A program made the position numbers and the translations under genes. Shown here one piece after another: positions 27,016-37,183 of a stretch of DNA of 64,000 bases (its first letter is position 1; every line of letters begins with the position of its first letter). The stretch comes from a virus. The stretch lies in IMG/VR virus record IMGVR_UViG_2847048067_000002; one strand, written 5' to 3'. The notes under the pieces were generated by a model. It saw only the letters and a list, made by a program, of their open reading frames with translations, was not told the origin of the DNA and did not search any database.

Positions 27016-27396
27016 ATGATATACACAACAGGCACTGTTAGCACAGTGTCAGGGTCTGCTATTGTCTCTGGCACAGGTACCATTATTTTAATTAAAAATG
27101 GTAATGCTAATTTTATTTATATGGTGGACAGGGTTAATAGCGATACAGAATTAGTCATTTCACAACCGGCTACATTTACCGTAAAAAACACTAGTTACAG
27201 CATTAATCTCACTGAGCCGAACTCATACAGCGACGCTAATAATCGTATGACCGCTATTGCATCAGATATTACGTAGTTCTTAAACGAGCAACGAGTTACG
27301 CTCGATGGTGTTAAAAAAGTGCTGGGGGATATTAGTAAAAAGTTAGATAAAAGTGGTATGGACCTTTCAGGGATTTCGAAGTGCGATTACACGTAA
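27016..27396 (+). pseudogene. Truncated side tail fibre gene
   Basis: MIYTTGTVS..GSAIVSGTGT tail-fibre N-terminus; in-frame TAG at 27274-27276 followed by a plausible continuation FLNEQRVTLDG. Confidence 0.7.
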
Positions 27397-27399
27397 TAC

Positions 27400-27957
27400 A
27401 CAAATGGCTTATTGTGTGTTTCGACAAAAAATCCACCTTAAAGGCGGGCGCTATTGGTCTTTGCCGACAATATTATCGCATTTAGATAAGTGTGTTGTGT
27501 TTTATCATACCACCAACTCTCAAGCGGAAGTGAGCTATTTAGCGCATAAAAAGCAATTATACAGCTCAGCCCAAACAGACATTTATGTGTGTGTATTCGT
27601 TTCAGGAATGGTTTTGACCCCGAAGAAACGTTGGGGGGTTATCACTGTACAGTGAAGATGGAGCACGGGTCTTTAATACGGACTATTTGCCTTTTACCCG
27701 AGGAAAATCAATGGTATTGTTATTACGGGAGGGGAGTGTAGAGACTCCATATAGCTTGCCTTTAGTCTGTGCAACCAGTCAGTTTGTGAATGCGTCTTAT
27801 CAGGATGACCCTATTGATTGGGCCAAGTGCAATACGGGGATACGTTTTCGGGGGAAAACAGATTTTTGTGAGCGAATGGATACGTGATGTTCATCGGCAA
27901 CATCATGTAGAGCAACGTATTCCCTTTTATATCCTTAATGGTTCACATTATTTTTAA
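27400..27957 (+). pseudogene. Frameshifted tail-accessory gene remnant
   Basis: Removing one G at 27633-27638 and one at 27850-27854 joins three fragments: ...KKRWGLSLYSEDGARVFNTDYLPF...KQIFVSEW...GSHYF*. Confidence 0.6.
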
Positions 27958-27979
27958 TAAAATAAATACCTGTCTATAT

Positions 27980-28315
27980 TTATGTGGGATACATGTCGCT
28001 TTTCTTTATTGGCATAATGCTTTCTGCTGATAATGATTGTTTTGCTTTAATCATTTCTTTTTCATTTGAAAATTTATAATTAGGCAATAGTTCTTTAGGT
28101 TTGACACCTAAAATAAACGCGATAGAGAATAAATGTTCTACTGTTATTTTGGTATGTCCATTCTCTATACGTGAATAGTGCTGTTGACTTATTTCCAATG
28201 AATGGGCTATTTCAATGCCTGTCACCCCTAATTCTTTTCTTTTTTGTTTTATTTTTTTACTGATGATGTAATTCAATGTATTCATGATATTGTCCTGATT
28301 ATAAATATCCTGCAA
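27980..28315 (-). CDS. MrpJ-type XRE HTH regulator
   Basis: IKQKRKELGVTG..LEISQQHYSRIENG, matching the MrpJ SQQQFSRYE-type recognition helix. Confidence 0.8.
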   Translation of the reverse strand: MQDIYNQDNIMNTLNYIISKKIKQKRKELGVTGIEIAHSLEISQQHYSRIENGHTKITVEHLFSIAFILGVKPKELLPNYKFSNEKEMIKAKQSLSAESIMPIKKSDMYPT

Positions 28316-29250
28316 CTAAACTAGATAAAGCAAAAAGTTATAAGATTAATTTATTTTAAATAAAAATACGGGGTTTTTATATTGTTTATTTCATTTTATG
28401 AGGTTGGTGTGCATTTTTTTGTTTTTTTTCAATCGGTTGTGTGGTTTTTTAGGCGCAGATGACTATTTATTCGATATTTCAATGTTGTGTTAATAATGAA
28501 ATTATATAATTAATAAAATTTTTGCTTATTTGTTGAGCATCTTGCTCTTTTTTACTATTTATCAAATGATAAAACCTCTGTAAATAATATTGGTTTTTAT
28601 TATCATTCGCTTTTTCTGCTTTGTTGAGAGATATTTATACTGGTTATTTCTATTTTGAGTAGATAATTATAATGAAAATTAACTTTAATATAAAAAATAA
28701 AATGAAATCATTGAGTGTCATTTTTTATTATTGATTATGTCTTTAATGTATTGTATTAATATTTTGTTCATTAGGTTTTCATTTGAAAATCTTAACATTA
28801 CGTTTATTAAAATTTAGCCCGTATTTATACGATTTTTTTATGAATATCAGTTTTTTACTAATGTTATTGCGAATTTAATTATAATATATAGCTAAAAAAC
28901 TAAGAAAATTAGTGAAAATTTCTATTGAATTATAATCACATTATAATTTTTAAAATTTTAGTTAATTGCAGTTTGGTTTGAGATTAATAGAAAGTAGCTG
29001 ATGTAAAGTATATTGCTTAGTGCTAATATTGATAATTTAATCAAATGATTGCGTTATTATATCATTTCTTAAGTTAAATAATTGTTTTTTTTTGTATAAA
29101 GAAAGCAATTTTAATGAAATTTAAAAACAATTAATATCATTGTTAAAAGATTATAAGATTTAATTAATGTAAGAATATTTACTTTGTGAATTTTATCATA
29201 TAGTATTTCTTTCTTTAATGTCATAACTCATTGGGTTTATTTCTTTATTT

Positions 29251-30654
29251 ATGAATTTTATATTGAATTGTAAATTCAGATTTTGTCTGTTATTTATTCT
29301 ATTTCTGAGTTTTCATAGTATTGCGAATGACGATTATAATAAAAAAAGTAATAATTTAATAACTGAGGCTCAATTGGTTGAGGATCCTACTCTATTATTA
29401 CGATTATTTATTCCTGCATTAATTAGAAATGATGTAGAAGGTGTTGGATTATTACTTTCTATTTATGAAAAACAAAAAAAAACAGAAAATGATGAGTTGT
29501 TAATATGGGGTAATGCTATTATTTCTCGTAAGAATAAAGACTTAGATAAGTCAATATCATTATATAGAAGTTTAGTTTCTAGAAATCCTAAATTAGTATT
29601 TGCTCGATTACAGTTAGCAATTTCATTATTTGAAAATAAAGAGAATGAGGCGGCATTAGAACAATTTGATAAACTGAAAAGCGAAAGCTTGAATGATAAC
29701 ATCATTGATATTATTAATAAATATTCCGAATTAATCAATCACCAGAATGATTGGTCATTTAATGGTGGCATTGTTTATTTAAATGAGTCAAATATTAATA
29801 ACTCTCCTAAATTAGGTGTTAATGCTGCAAATTGGAAGAGTACATCAAAGCCTGAAAGTGCTGAGGGTTTTTCTTATGTAGGGGTAGCTGAAAAGAAGTT
29901 ATCGATATATAAAAATTACTTTTCTTTATTGAATATTCGAGGAAAGGGAAAATATTATTGGGATAACTCTAAATATAATGAAATATCTTCTAGAGTGAAA
30001 GTGGGATTGGGATATAAAGATTTAACTAATGAAGTGTTATTTTTACATTTTGTCGAATACTCATGGAATCCAAATAAAACTCAACAAAATGGTTCTACAT
30101 TTCATCGTTATTCAAATGCAATTGGAACAGAGGTTGAAATAAACAATTGGTTAAATAAGCAATGGAAAAATTCACTTTCAGTTGAGTTATCAAGGCAAAG
30201 TTATCATAAGACAAAACTATTGGATGGTAATGTTTATTCTGTATCTGATACACTATTGTATATATCAAGTAGTAATCAATATTGGTTTTCTGGAATAGAT
30301 TTTTATCATAAAGAAGCTAAAAGTAAAGCTAATGCTTTTGATCGATTCAGTGTCCGTGCAGGTTGGGGGCAAGAATGGTTGCAAGGTATTTCCACTCGTT
30401 TTCAAGTTGGTTATGCTAAGCGTATTTATCAAGGAGCAATAGCAGAAGAAAATAATTATTGGGTTCCTGATTTTTATAAAAAACCACAAAAAAATGATGA
30501 GTATAGTGTTTATATAACATTGTGGAATCGAAATTTTTATTTTTATGGAATTACACCCAAAATAACATGGGCATATCAAAAAATAGATAGTAGTAATTTA
30601 TTTTATAGTTATGATAAAAATAATTTTTATCTTGAGTTTAGTAAATATTTTTAA
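29251..30654 (+). CDS. Slam/DUF560 outer-membrane translocon (type XI secretion)
   Basis: Signal peptide, TPR-like N-domain (ARLQLAISLFEN), NINN barrel start, LWNRNFYFYGITPKIT and terminal FSKYF. Confidence 0.87.
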   Translation: MNFILNCKFRFCLLFILFLSFHSIANDDYNKKSNNLITEAQLVEDPTLLLRLFIPALIRNDVEGVGLLLSIYEKQKKTENDELLIWGNAIISRKNKDLDKSISLYRSLVSRNPKLVFARLQLAISLFENKENEAALEQFDKLKSESLNDNIIDIINKYSELINHQNDWSFNGGIVYLNESNINNSPKLGVNAANWKSTSKPESAEGFSYVGVAEKKLSIYKNYFSLLNIRGKGKYYWDNSKYNEISSRVKVGLGYKDLTNEVLFLHFVEYSWNPNKTQQNGSTFHRYSNAIGTEVEINNWLNKQWKNSLSVELSRQSYHKTKLLDGNVYSVSDTLLYISSSNQYWFSGIDFYHKEAKSKANAFDRFSVRAGWGQEWLQGISTRFQVGYAKRIYQGAIAEENNYWVPDFYKKPQKNDEYSVYITLWNRNFYFYGITPKITWAYQKIDSSNLFYSYDKNNFYLEFSKYF

Positions 30655-30674
30655 TTAAAGTTGGATATTATATT

Positions 30675-31730
30675 ATGAAAAAAAATATACCTTTTGTTGT
30701 TTTACCTCTTATTATTGCTGGATGTTCTAGTGGTGGCGGTGAGAACAAAGATAATAATGTTATTCAGGAAAAGAAAGTCGATGTTATATCTAATAACCCT
30801 ACATCTAGTTTAAATAAAGAGGAGGGTAAAAGAGTCAATGAAGCATTAAATAAAGAAGTAAATGAAGAAGTAAATGAAGAAGTAAATAAAGTAACGAATA
30901 AAGTAGTGAATGAGGTGGTAAATAAAGAAGTAAATGAAGTGGTGAATGAGATAGTAAATAAAGAAATAAATAGAATAGATGAAAAAGAAGATGCTGCGGA
31001 AATTTCAAACGATAAAGGAATATCCGTGGATGAAAAATTATTATCAGATAATAAAGAAAAAGTATATACAGGTAGTAAGATAGATAAGATATACCATTCT
31101 AACTGGGATTATGGGAAAGAAAATATTCCTGTTTATAATATTGAAGGTTCAAAAGATCCATATGAGAATTATTTATCTAGTGAGGAAAAAATAATTACTT
31201 TCGTAACAGATAAAGGCGATTCGCATCAATTTAGTTTATTGGGTGATGTTGGATATTATGGGTATCGAATTGAATTAGATGCTGATAGAACAGCAAGTTA
31301 TGCTTCTTATATTTATTCTATTGAAAAAGACCTTATTGCTGAAAATGTGCCTAATGATTTAAATGCTGTGTATAGTAAAAAAGACGGTTTTGTGTATGGT
31401 CCATTAGATCATAGATCTGATCAAATAAACGCAGTCGTTAGAACAGCAGACATTACAATGAATTATACTAATGGCATAGTTAAAGGTGTTATTACTGAAA
31501 ATGATCCACATATAGGTAATGATGAATTATTTAAAATAGATGGTAATACTAAAAGTTTAGTAATAACACCTACTCGGCATGTATCAAATGGTATCATTCC
31601 TAATGATAGAGCAGCAATGGATATTCAATTTGTTAATTCTGCAGAAAATATAGATGATCACAAATATATTTTAGGAACTACAAAAGCGGAGTCATGGGTA
31701 GGTGTATTAGCAGCAGAAAAACAGAATTAA
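30675..31730 (+). CDS. Putative Slam-exported surface lipoprotein
   Basis: Lipobox IAGC then SSGGG, low-complexity linker, C-terminal beta-barrel-like end WVGVLAAEK; directly after Slam. Confidence 0.8.
   Translation: MKKNIPFVVLPLIIAGCSSGGGENKDNNVIQEKKVDVISNNPTSSLNKEEGKRVNEALNKEVNEEVNEEVNKVTNKVVNEVVNKEVNEVVNEIVNKEINRIDEKEDAAEISNDKGISVDEKLLSDNKEKVYTGSKIDKIYHSNWDYGKENIPVYNIEGSKDPYENYLSSEEKIITFVTDKGDSHQFSLLGDVGYYGYRIELDADRTASYASYIYSIEKDLIAENVPNDLNAVYSKKDGFVYGPLDHRSDQINAVVRTADITMNYTNGIVKGVITENDPHIGNDELFKIDGNTKSLVITPTRHVSNGIIPNDRAAMDIQFVNSAENIDDHKYILGTTKAESWVGVLAAEKQN
30837..30980 (+). repeat. 12 degenerate 12-bp tandem repeats (N-K/E-E/V-V tetrapeptide)
   Basis: AATAAAGAAGTA / AATGAAGAAGTA units read directly. 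Confidence 0.85.
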
Positions 31731-31772
31731 TATTAGAGTGATGTATAGCTATTTTAGTTAGTTTTATTTATC

Positions 31773-31797
31773 AAAAGCCTCTTAGCTGAGGCTTTTT
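31773..31797 (+). terminator. Terminator after Slam operon
   Basis: AAAAGCCTC-TTAGCT-GAGGCTTTTT. Confidence 0.75.
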
Positions 31798-31834
31798 AAA
31801 AAATCATAGTCTAGGTTTATATGGATAAAAATAA

Positions 31835-32007
31835 TTATAATTTTTTAAGTAATGAGAGTTTTTCACACCATGTATTAAGCGTTTCTCGTTTTTCTCTAAA
31901 ATAATCATATCTATCATAATGCTTTTGAGAAATTCCTAGTCTTTTATGGTTTTGTACCATATTCTTAATTCAGAACTTATTCCCATTTTTCTAGCTAATG
32001 TTTCGAA
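31835..32007 (-). pseudogene. C-terminal remnant of a P4-type tyrosine integrase
   Basis: Minus strand FETLARKMGISSELR/(1-nt loss)/MVQNHKRLGISQKHYDRYDYFREKRETLNTWCEKL* with the catalytic H...Y box. Confidence 0.65.
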
Positions 32008-32071
32008 TACTCACTAAGTCATGTTTACAGCCCTAATTAGTGGTTATCAAAACCAATAAAAGCATTATGGT

Positions 32072-32084
32072 AATCAACTAGTTA
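32072..32084 (+). promoter_or_regulatory. IHF site in the att arm
   Basis: AATCAACTAGTTA matches WATCAANNNNTTR, about 90 bp from the icd crossover region. Confidence 0.55.
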
Positions 32085-32170
32085 TAAAAATGCATAATCA
32101 CTGTCTTTTAAGTCTATTAAGAGTAAATATGCCTTAATAAACAAATAGTTAATAATGGCTGATTTATATA

Positions 32171-32335
32171 ATGCTACGCCTCATGGGTTGGACAGAAGCC
32201 GCTGACTTAATCATTAAAGGTATGGAAGGCGCAATCGAAGCGAAGACCGTTACTTATGATTTCGAACGTCCAATGGACGGCGCTAAACTGCTGAAATATA
32301 GCGAGTTTGGTGACGCAATTATCAAACATATGTAA
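32171..32335 (+). pseudogene. icd: Duplicated 3' end of isocitrate dehydrogenase (att junction, icdC-like)
   Basis: [54 protein letters not shown], the Icd C-terminal 54 aa; followed by a terminator (about 32357-32385) and an integrase. Confidence 0.92.
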
Positions 32336-32631
32336 TTGTTGATTTGATAAATAGTTAGCGGGAGCTTATTAGTTCCCGTTTTTTATTAATGTTTTTTTTA
32401 CAATAATAAATAACATACTCATATAGAGAATTGTATTTAAATAGCCAAAGTTAGCAAAAGTGAATAAAGCTCAACAGACATTAAGCTAAATATAAAATAT
32501 GAGTGAATAAACAATAAGGTATTTATTTTGGTGAAAAATACAACAGAAAATAATCTGCAAATGGCATGATAAAGAAGCCGAAGTTTATCAATTGCAGATT
32601 ATCTGATACTTAAAATATAACCAAACAAAAA

Positions 32632-33759
32632 TTAACAGGTAATGGTTACCCACTCTTTTCCACGAGTATTATTATAACGATCGGTTTGTAAACGTGTGGT
32701 ATGGCCTAATAAGGCTTGGGTATCAATACCTTGTTTTCGGTATAAACGTTCAGATAAAGAACGTTGCTCATGAAATGTTGCAGGTGTTCCTTCTCCCCAA
32801 TCAATATCTGTTTTATTTCTCGCCTTTTTAAAATTAGTCGTTAACGTATTTGCAGTAACTTGTTCGCCACGTTTAGATTGTGAAGTAGTTCGATGATAAT
32901 GAACTAAATAATGGCTTACAATACGATCACGACATCGTTCAATAACTTCTTTAAGAGATACATTAATAGCTTGATTACGTAAAGAAAGTGGTATTGCTAC
33001 TTTTGATCCTGTTTTACTTTGTATGATGTGCAAATGATCATCCCAAATATCTTGAAAACGCATACGTGAGATATCACTAACTCGCTGACCCGTCACAATG
33101 GCAAGTAGCATTGCATTTCCCATATAACGATGTTGTTTATCGGCAATATCATAAATTTTATGCCATTCATCTAGAGTGAGTCTTTGTCGCCTGATCCGTG
33201 TTCTTGGCCTTTTCGTTGCTAGAGCAGGGTTATATCCGGGAGGAACTTCTCCAGCATGTTGCGCTTCTTTAAAAATATCACTAAAAACCGATCTTACAAC
33301 TTGAGCCATACGCATTTGACCTATTGCTTTGTATTCATCAATAATACTGACTAGATCTCGAGTACCTATATTTGCTAATGGATATAAAGCCAATTTTTGA
33401 CGCATCAGATCTATAGGTTTTTTCTTTTGTTTATATGTAGCAAGTTTTATCTCACCTTGTGATAAACGTTCTTTTTGAATATTCCAATAGCGATCTAACC
33501 ATGTAGAAACAGAGATAGATTGATCTTTCATAGTAGCAACTCTATCACCAATGATTAAAATTTGGCGTGTTCTTTGTTCTGCTATACGGTTATTGGCTTC
33601 AAGAGCTATCTGTTTAGCTTGTGCTTCATCATCTCCTAATGAATGAAATTTTCTTGAAATTGGGTGTCGGTATCGCCAATATATCTTTTTCATCCTTGGA
33701 TGATATATTGAATATAAATTGGGTATATCAATATTCTTTTTACGAAGTCGTCCGCTCAT
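32632..33759 (-). CDS. int: Lambda/phage 21-type tyrosine integrase
   Basis: Arm-binding N-domain, TGQR, FHEQRSL, LLGH, catalytic Y in TDRY. Confidence 0.95.
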   Translation of the reverse strand: MSGRLRKKNIDIPNLYSIYHPRMKKIYWRYRHPISRKFHSLGDDEAQAKQIALEANNRIAEQRTRQILIIGDRVATMKDQSISVSTWLDRYWNIQKERLSQGEIKLATYKQKKKPIDLMRQKLALYPLANIGTRDLVSIIDEYKAIGQMRMAQVVRSVFSDIFKEAQHAGEVPPGYNPALATKRPRTRIRRQRLTLDEWHKIYDIADKQHRYMGNAMLLAIVTGQRVSDISRMRFQDIWDDHLHIIQSKTGSKVAIPLSLRNQAINVSLKEVIERCRDRIVSHYLVHYHRTTSQSKRGEQVTANTLTTNFKKARNKTDIDWGEGTPATFHEQRSLSERLYRKQGIDTQALLGHTTRLQTDRYNNTRGKEWVTITC

Positions 33760-33997
33760 CTTTTAATATTTTCCTTAATATAGGGTCATCGAATGTTTTG
33801 ATGGAAGGAGTGGCAACTATACCAACTAAATCAGCATCTTCTTTGACTCGCCATAATCGGCCCTCTTTCCTTGCAGGGGGACAAAAATAACCTAATCGTG
33901 CATATTTATTTAATGTTGTTAGAGAAGGTGGGTTACTTTTATATCGTTTATCCGACCATTCCTTTAATGTTAATACTTTCATAATACATCCTTGCAT
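33740..33997 (-). CDS. xis: Excisionase
   Basis: LTLKEW..RY..PPSLTTL..YAR.G...PPARKEGRLWRV; overlaps int. Confidence 0.88.
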   Translation of the reverse strand: MQGCIMKVLTLKEWSDKRYKSNPPSLTTLNKYARLGYFCPPARKEGRLWRVKEDADLVGIVATPSIKTFDDPILRKILKDERTTS

Positions 33998-34238
33998 AAT
34001 AAAAATTAGTTAATAAGTATTAATTTACATTTAAATAAAAAATAATGAAATTTATTTGATAACTAATAAATAGCATTATTTTCTATCGAATATATATTTC
34101 CTTTTGCATTGTTAATAAGAGAGATGTTTGTTAATAGATAATTATTGTACCTGATGTTTATATTATTACAATAACCATGTAATGGGAAGTACATATTGAG
34201 CTGAAGTGAGCCAGCTCAATAAACTAAAATAAAGAAGA

Positions 34239-34898
34239 TTAGAGAGTCTGAATAATTTGTATTACATAACCAATAATTTGATAATCATCAGTAAATAATA
34301 TTGGGGTAAAGGCTGTGTTTAATGAGATTAAATAAAATTGTGGTGGTTCATGGATAAACTTTTTAATAACGATGTCATTAGTAATAATGTTTTTAGCGAT
34401 AATTATTTTTCCATATAATTCTATCTCATTCTTGAATGATGGTTCGATAATAACGGTTGAACCTTTAGGGATTGAAGGAAGTGAATAGGGGTTTGTCATA
34501 GATTCGCCTTGGTAAATTAACCCATATGCTTGTTCAGATACGGGTACTGTTGCACAGCACCAATGCTGAATATCGCTTAATCTTAATGTATCGTAACGTG
34601 CTTTCCAATCAGCTGCTTGTTCAAGTGTGATAATGGGTATTTTCTTAATATTCACTGTCTTGCGAGTTATAATTAATGCATCTGCTTCTGATGAGTTCCC
34701 CCCGTAAAGTAACCATTCTGGAGAGACTTCAAGGACTTTGGCTAATGCCTGTAAATTTTCTCCATCCGGCTTTGTAACTCGTGTTTCCCACTTTGTAATA
34801 GAAACTCGGCTTACACTTAACATCTTTGCTAGAGCTTCTTGTGTTAATGACAATTGTAAACGGCGTTCTTTAATTCTTATGTGCATTTTATTTCTCAT
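34239..34898 (-). CDS. CI-like repressor (XRE HTH plus S24 peptidase)
   Basis: LTQEALAKMLSVSRVSITKWE HTH; GESM serine and IKK lysine of the autocleavage dyad. Confidence 0.9.
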   Translation of the reverse strand: MRNKMHIRIKERRLQLSLTQEALAKMLSVSRVSITKWETRVTKPDGENLQALAKVLEVSPEWLLYGGNSSEADALIITRKTVNIKKIPIITLEQAADWKARYDTLRLSDIQHWCCATVPVSEQAYGLIYQGESMTNPYSLPSIPKGSTVIIEPSFKNEIELYGKIIIAKNIITNDIVIKKFIHEPPQFYLISLNTAFTPILFTDDYQIIGYVIQIIQTL

Positions 34899-35216
34899 GT
34901 AATTTATATTTCCTTTTTTTTAGGTAAAAAGTATTTGCGTACTCTTTGTCTATTTGTTAATTTTAATTACCCAAACGGATAACTTATTAATTTAAGTGAT
35001 ATGCATATAATATAAATTAATTATATTAATTCGAATGACGATAGTTTTAGCATTAATAAAATGCTTACTATTTTAGTCATGATTAAATTTAATAAAATAG
35101 AATATTTTACAAAACACTAACGGAATTACCATCTTTTGTTATTTTTTCAATTAAATTATTTTTAATTTAACGCTTTTTGGCATTTAGAAAGAATAAAGAG
35201 AAAAGGAGTTCAGCAT

Positions 35217-36290
35217 ATGAAATCATTAATTATAAAATCTCGACCTCAGATAGTGATACCAGAATTAGCTGTCAAAATTGGATTGCATGAAGCTTTAGTA
35301 TTGCAACAATTGCATTATTGGATAACAGAAACTAAGTCTGGTATTGAACATGATGGGCGACGATGGATTTACAATACACTATCTAATTGGCAATTACAGT
35401 TTCCATACTTATCAGTATCAACGCTCAAACGGGCATTTGCTCAGTTACGTATTTCTGGGTTGATTGAGGTAAAACAACTCAATAAACATCTTCATGATCG
35501 TACAAATTTTTATAGTATCAATTATCAACATAAGATCTTGCAAATAGAAGAAGATGAAAAGAAAAGTTTGAATGAAGGTAATTATGCCAATAAAACAACA
35601 ATAAAACCGTTCGATGAGCCCAAATCGAAACAATGGACAGGTGTAACAAATCTATCTCAGAGTAGTTCAAATAGAGCCCTTCTTACAGAGAGTACAACAA
35701 AGATAACTACAGAGAGTAACAATAAAAGATCTCGGTCAGTTTGCTCGTTTTCAAGTCCTGAACGTCCAGAAATAGAAATTATCCGTTATTTTAACAAAGT
35801 GACTCACTCCCATTACCGTGAGTGTCAGACGACGTTAGGATATATCCGTGCAAGATTAGCTGATGGTTTTCATTTCGAAGAATTGATATTAATAATCGAT
35901 TATTTAACAGCTAAATGGCTCAATGATAATAAGATGCAGGACTATTTAAGGCCTAAAACATTATTTCATAAAAATAATTGTACTGAATATCTTGATAAAG
36001 CGAAGAAATGGCATTTAAAAGGGAGGCCAGCATATCGAAATGGGCAATGTTTAAAACCCGGGGAAATACCGATTGAAATTGATTATGCAGAAAGAGACAG
36101 TACGTTTAATTTACTATTTAGCTCAGCGTGGAAGCCCAAAACAGCACTTCAAATTCTAGCTAAAAAAATGGCTTTACAGCGTGGTTTAGGGCATATGCAT
36201 ATTCACAAGGCTAGGTCTGTTTGGAAAGAAATTTGGTATCAGTCGGCCCAATTAATTGCTCGTTCAACAATTACAGATAAGATCGCATAA
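35217..36290 (+). CDS. Phage replication initiator (O-like)
   Basis: LAVKIGLHEALVLQQLHYW...GRRWIYNT wHTH; TESTTKITTES linker; YLRPKTLF C-domain. Confidence 0.8.
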   Translation: MKSLIIKSRPQIVIPELAVKIGLHEALVLQQLHYWITETKSGIEHDGRRWIYNTLSNWQLQFPYLSVSTLKRAFAQLRISGLIEVKQLNKHLHDRTNFYSINYQHKILQIEEDEKKSLNEGNYANKTTIKPFDEPKSKQWTGVTNLSQSSSNRALLTESTTKITTESNNKRSRSVCSFSSPERPEIEIIRYFNKVTHSHYRECQTTLGYIRARLADGFHFEELILIIDYLTAKWLNDNKMQDYLRPKTLFHKNNCTEYLDKAKKWHLKGRPAYRNGQCLKPGEIPIEIDYAERDSTFNLLFSSAWKPKTALQILAKKMALQRGLGHMHIHKARSVWKEIWYQSAQLIARSTITDKIA

Positions 36291-36302
36291 GGTAGTGGTG
36301 AT

Positions 36303-36701
36303 ATGAGAGATATACAACAAGTATTAGAACAATGGGGAGCTTGGGCCTCGGATGTACAAAGTGGAGTAGATTATTCTCATATTGCAGCAGGTTTTAAGGG
36401 TGTTTTACCTTATCAATCATCTTCAAGGATAAGTTGTTGTGATGATGATGGTATGATTATTGACGCTACAATAGCGCGATTACAACAATTGAGAAGAGAA
36501 GAAGAATTGAATGCGCTTATTTTACATTATATATATCAGTGCTCTAAAAGAAGCATTGCAAGACGTTGGAAGGTGAGTGAAAGCCGTGTACGTCAGATTA
36601 TACAGATTGCAGAAGGTTTTGTAGAAGGTGGTTTGGCGATGTTAGATTCAGGGTTAGTCATGGATCATGAAGTTGCTTGTAATAAAAAACAGGTTAAATA
36701 A
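36303..36701 (+). CDS. Q: Late antitermination protein Q
   Basis: Paralog of 99-497 (MRDIQQVLEQWGAW, AAGFKG, CCDDDG, AEGFVEG). Confidence 0.9.
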   Translation: MRDIQQVLEQWGAWASDVQSGVDYSHIAAGFKGVLPYQSSSRISCCDDDGMIIDATIARLQQLRREEELNALILHYIYQCSKRSIARRWKVSESRVRQIIQIAEGFVEGGLAMLDSGLVMDHEVACNKKQVK

Positions 36702-36922
36702 AAAAGTATTAACGCGCTACGCAAATTAACTGTTATTCTAATAAAAATAAAGATATTTTTCTGGGTTATATATATTGTAAAAATATAACCTTAAGTGATT
36801 AAATATAATATTTTATATAAATTAATATTTTTATTGCTAACCTTGTTAAGTAATGCTTAATTTTAAATTTTCTAATTTTTATGATATAAACTTATGCAGT
36901 CATCTTAAATGTTAGAGTTATT

Positions 36923-37183
36923 ATGGTACCTAAAAGATTAAAGGCTGCAAGGGCAAGAGTTGCATTAACTCAAGAAGAGTTAGGTATTTTAGCTGGGATT
37001 GATGAAGAATCAGCTAAAATTAGAGTGTGTCAATATGAGTCTGGTACACACCGCCCAAACTTTGAAACTATTTGCCGATTTTCCAAAATATTAAAAGTTC
37101 CAGAAAATTATTTTTATACTTTAAATGATGAATTCGCGGAAGAGTTAATAAATATTTATAATAATAAATATAATTGCTCTTAA
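36923..37183 (+). CDS. XRE-family HTH regulator
   Basis: RLKAAR..LTQEELGILAGID..RVCQYESG. Confidence 0.85.
   Translation: MVPKRLKAARARVALTQEELGILAGIDEESAKIRVCQYESGTHRPNFETICRFSKILKVPENYFYTLNDEFAEELINIYNNKYNCS

Larger units (their letters stand above)
1..32170. mobile_element. Prophage 1 (partial; late region of an HK97-head siphovirus-type prophage plus right-end cargo)
   Basis: Ordered Q-lysis-HNH-terS-terL-portal-protease-capsid-tail genes, ending at an icd 3' duplication; left end lies outside the window. Confidence 0.9.

Noticed and set aside
30837..30980. Repeat array as possible CRISPR
   Set aside because: 12-bp in-frame coding repeats without spacers; no cas genes
34890..34975. Degenerate GTAA-N7-TTAC-like sites as CI operators
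   Set aside because: Too degenerate in very AT-rich DNA to support
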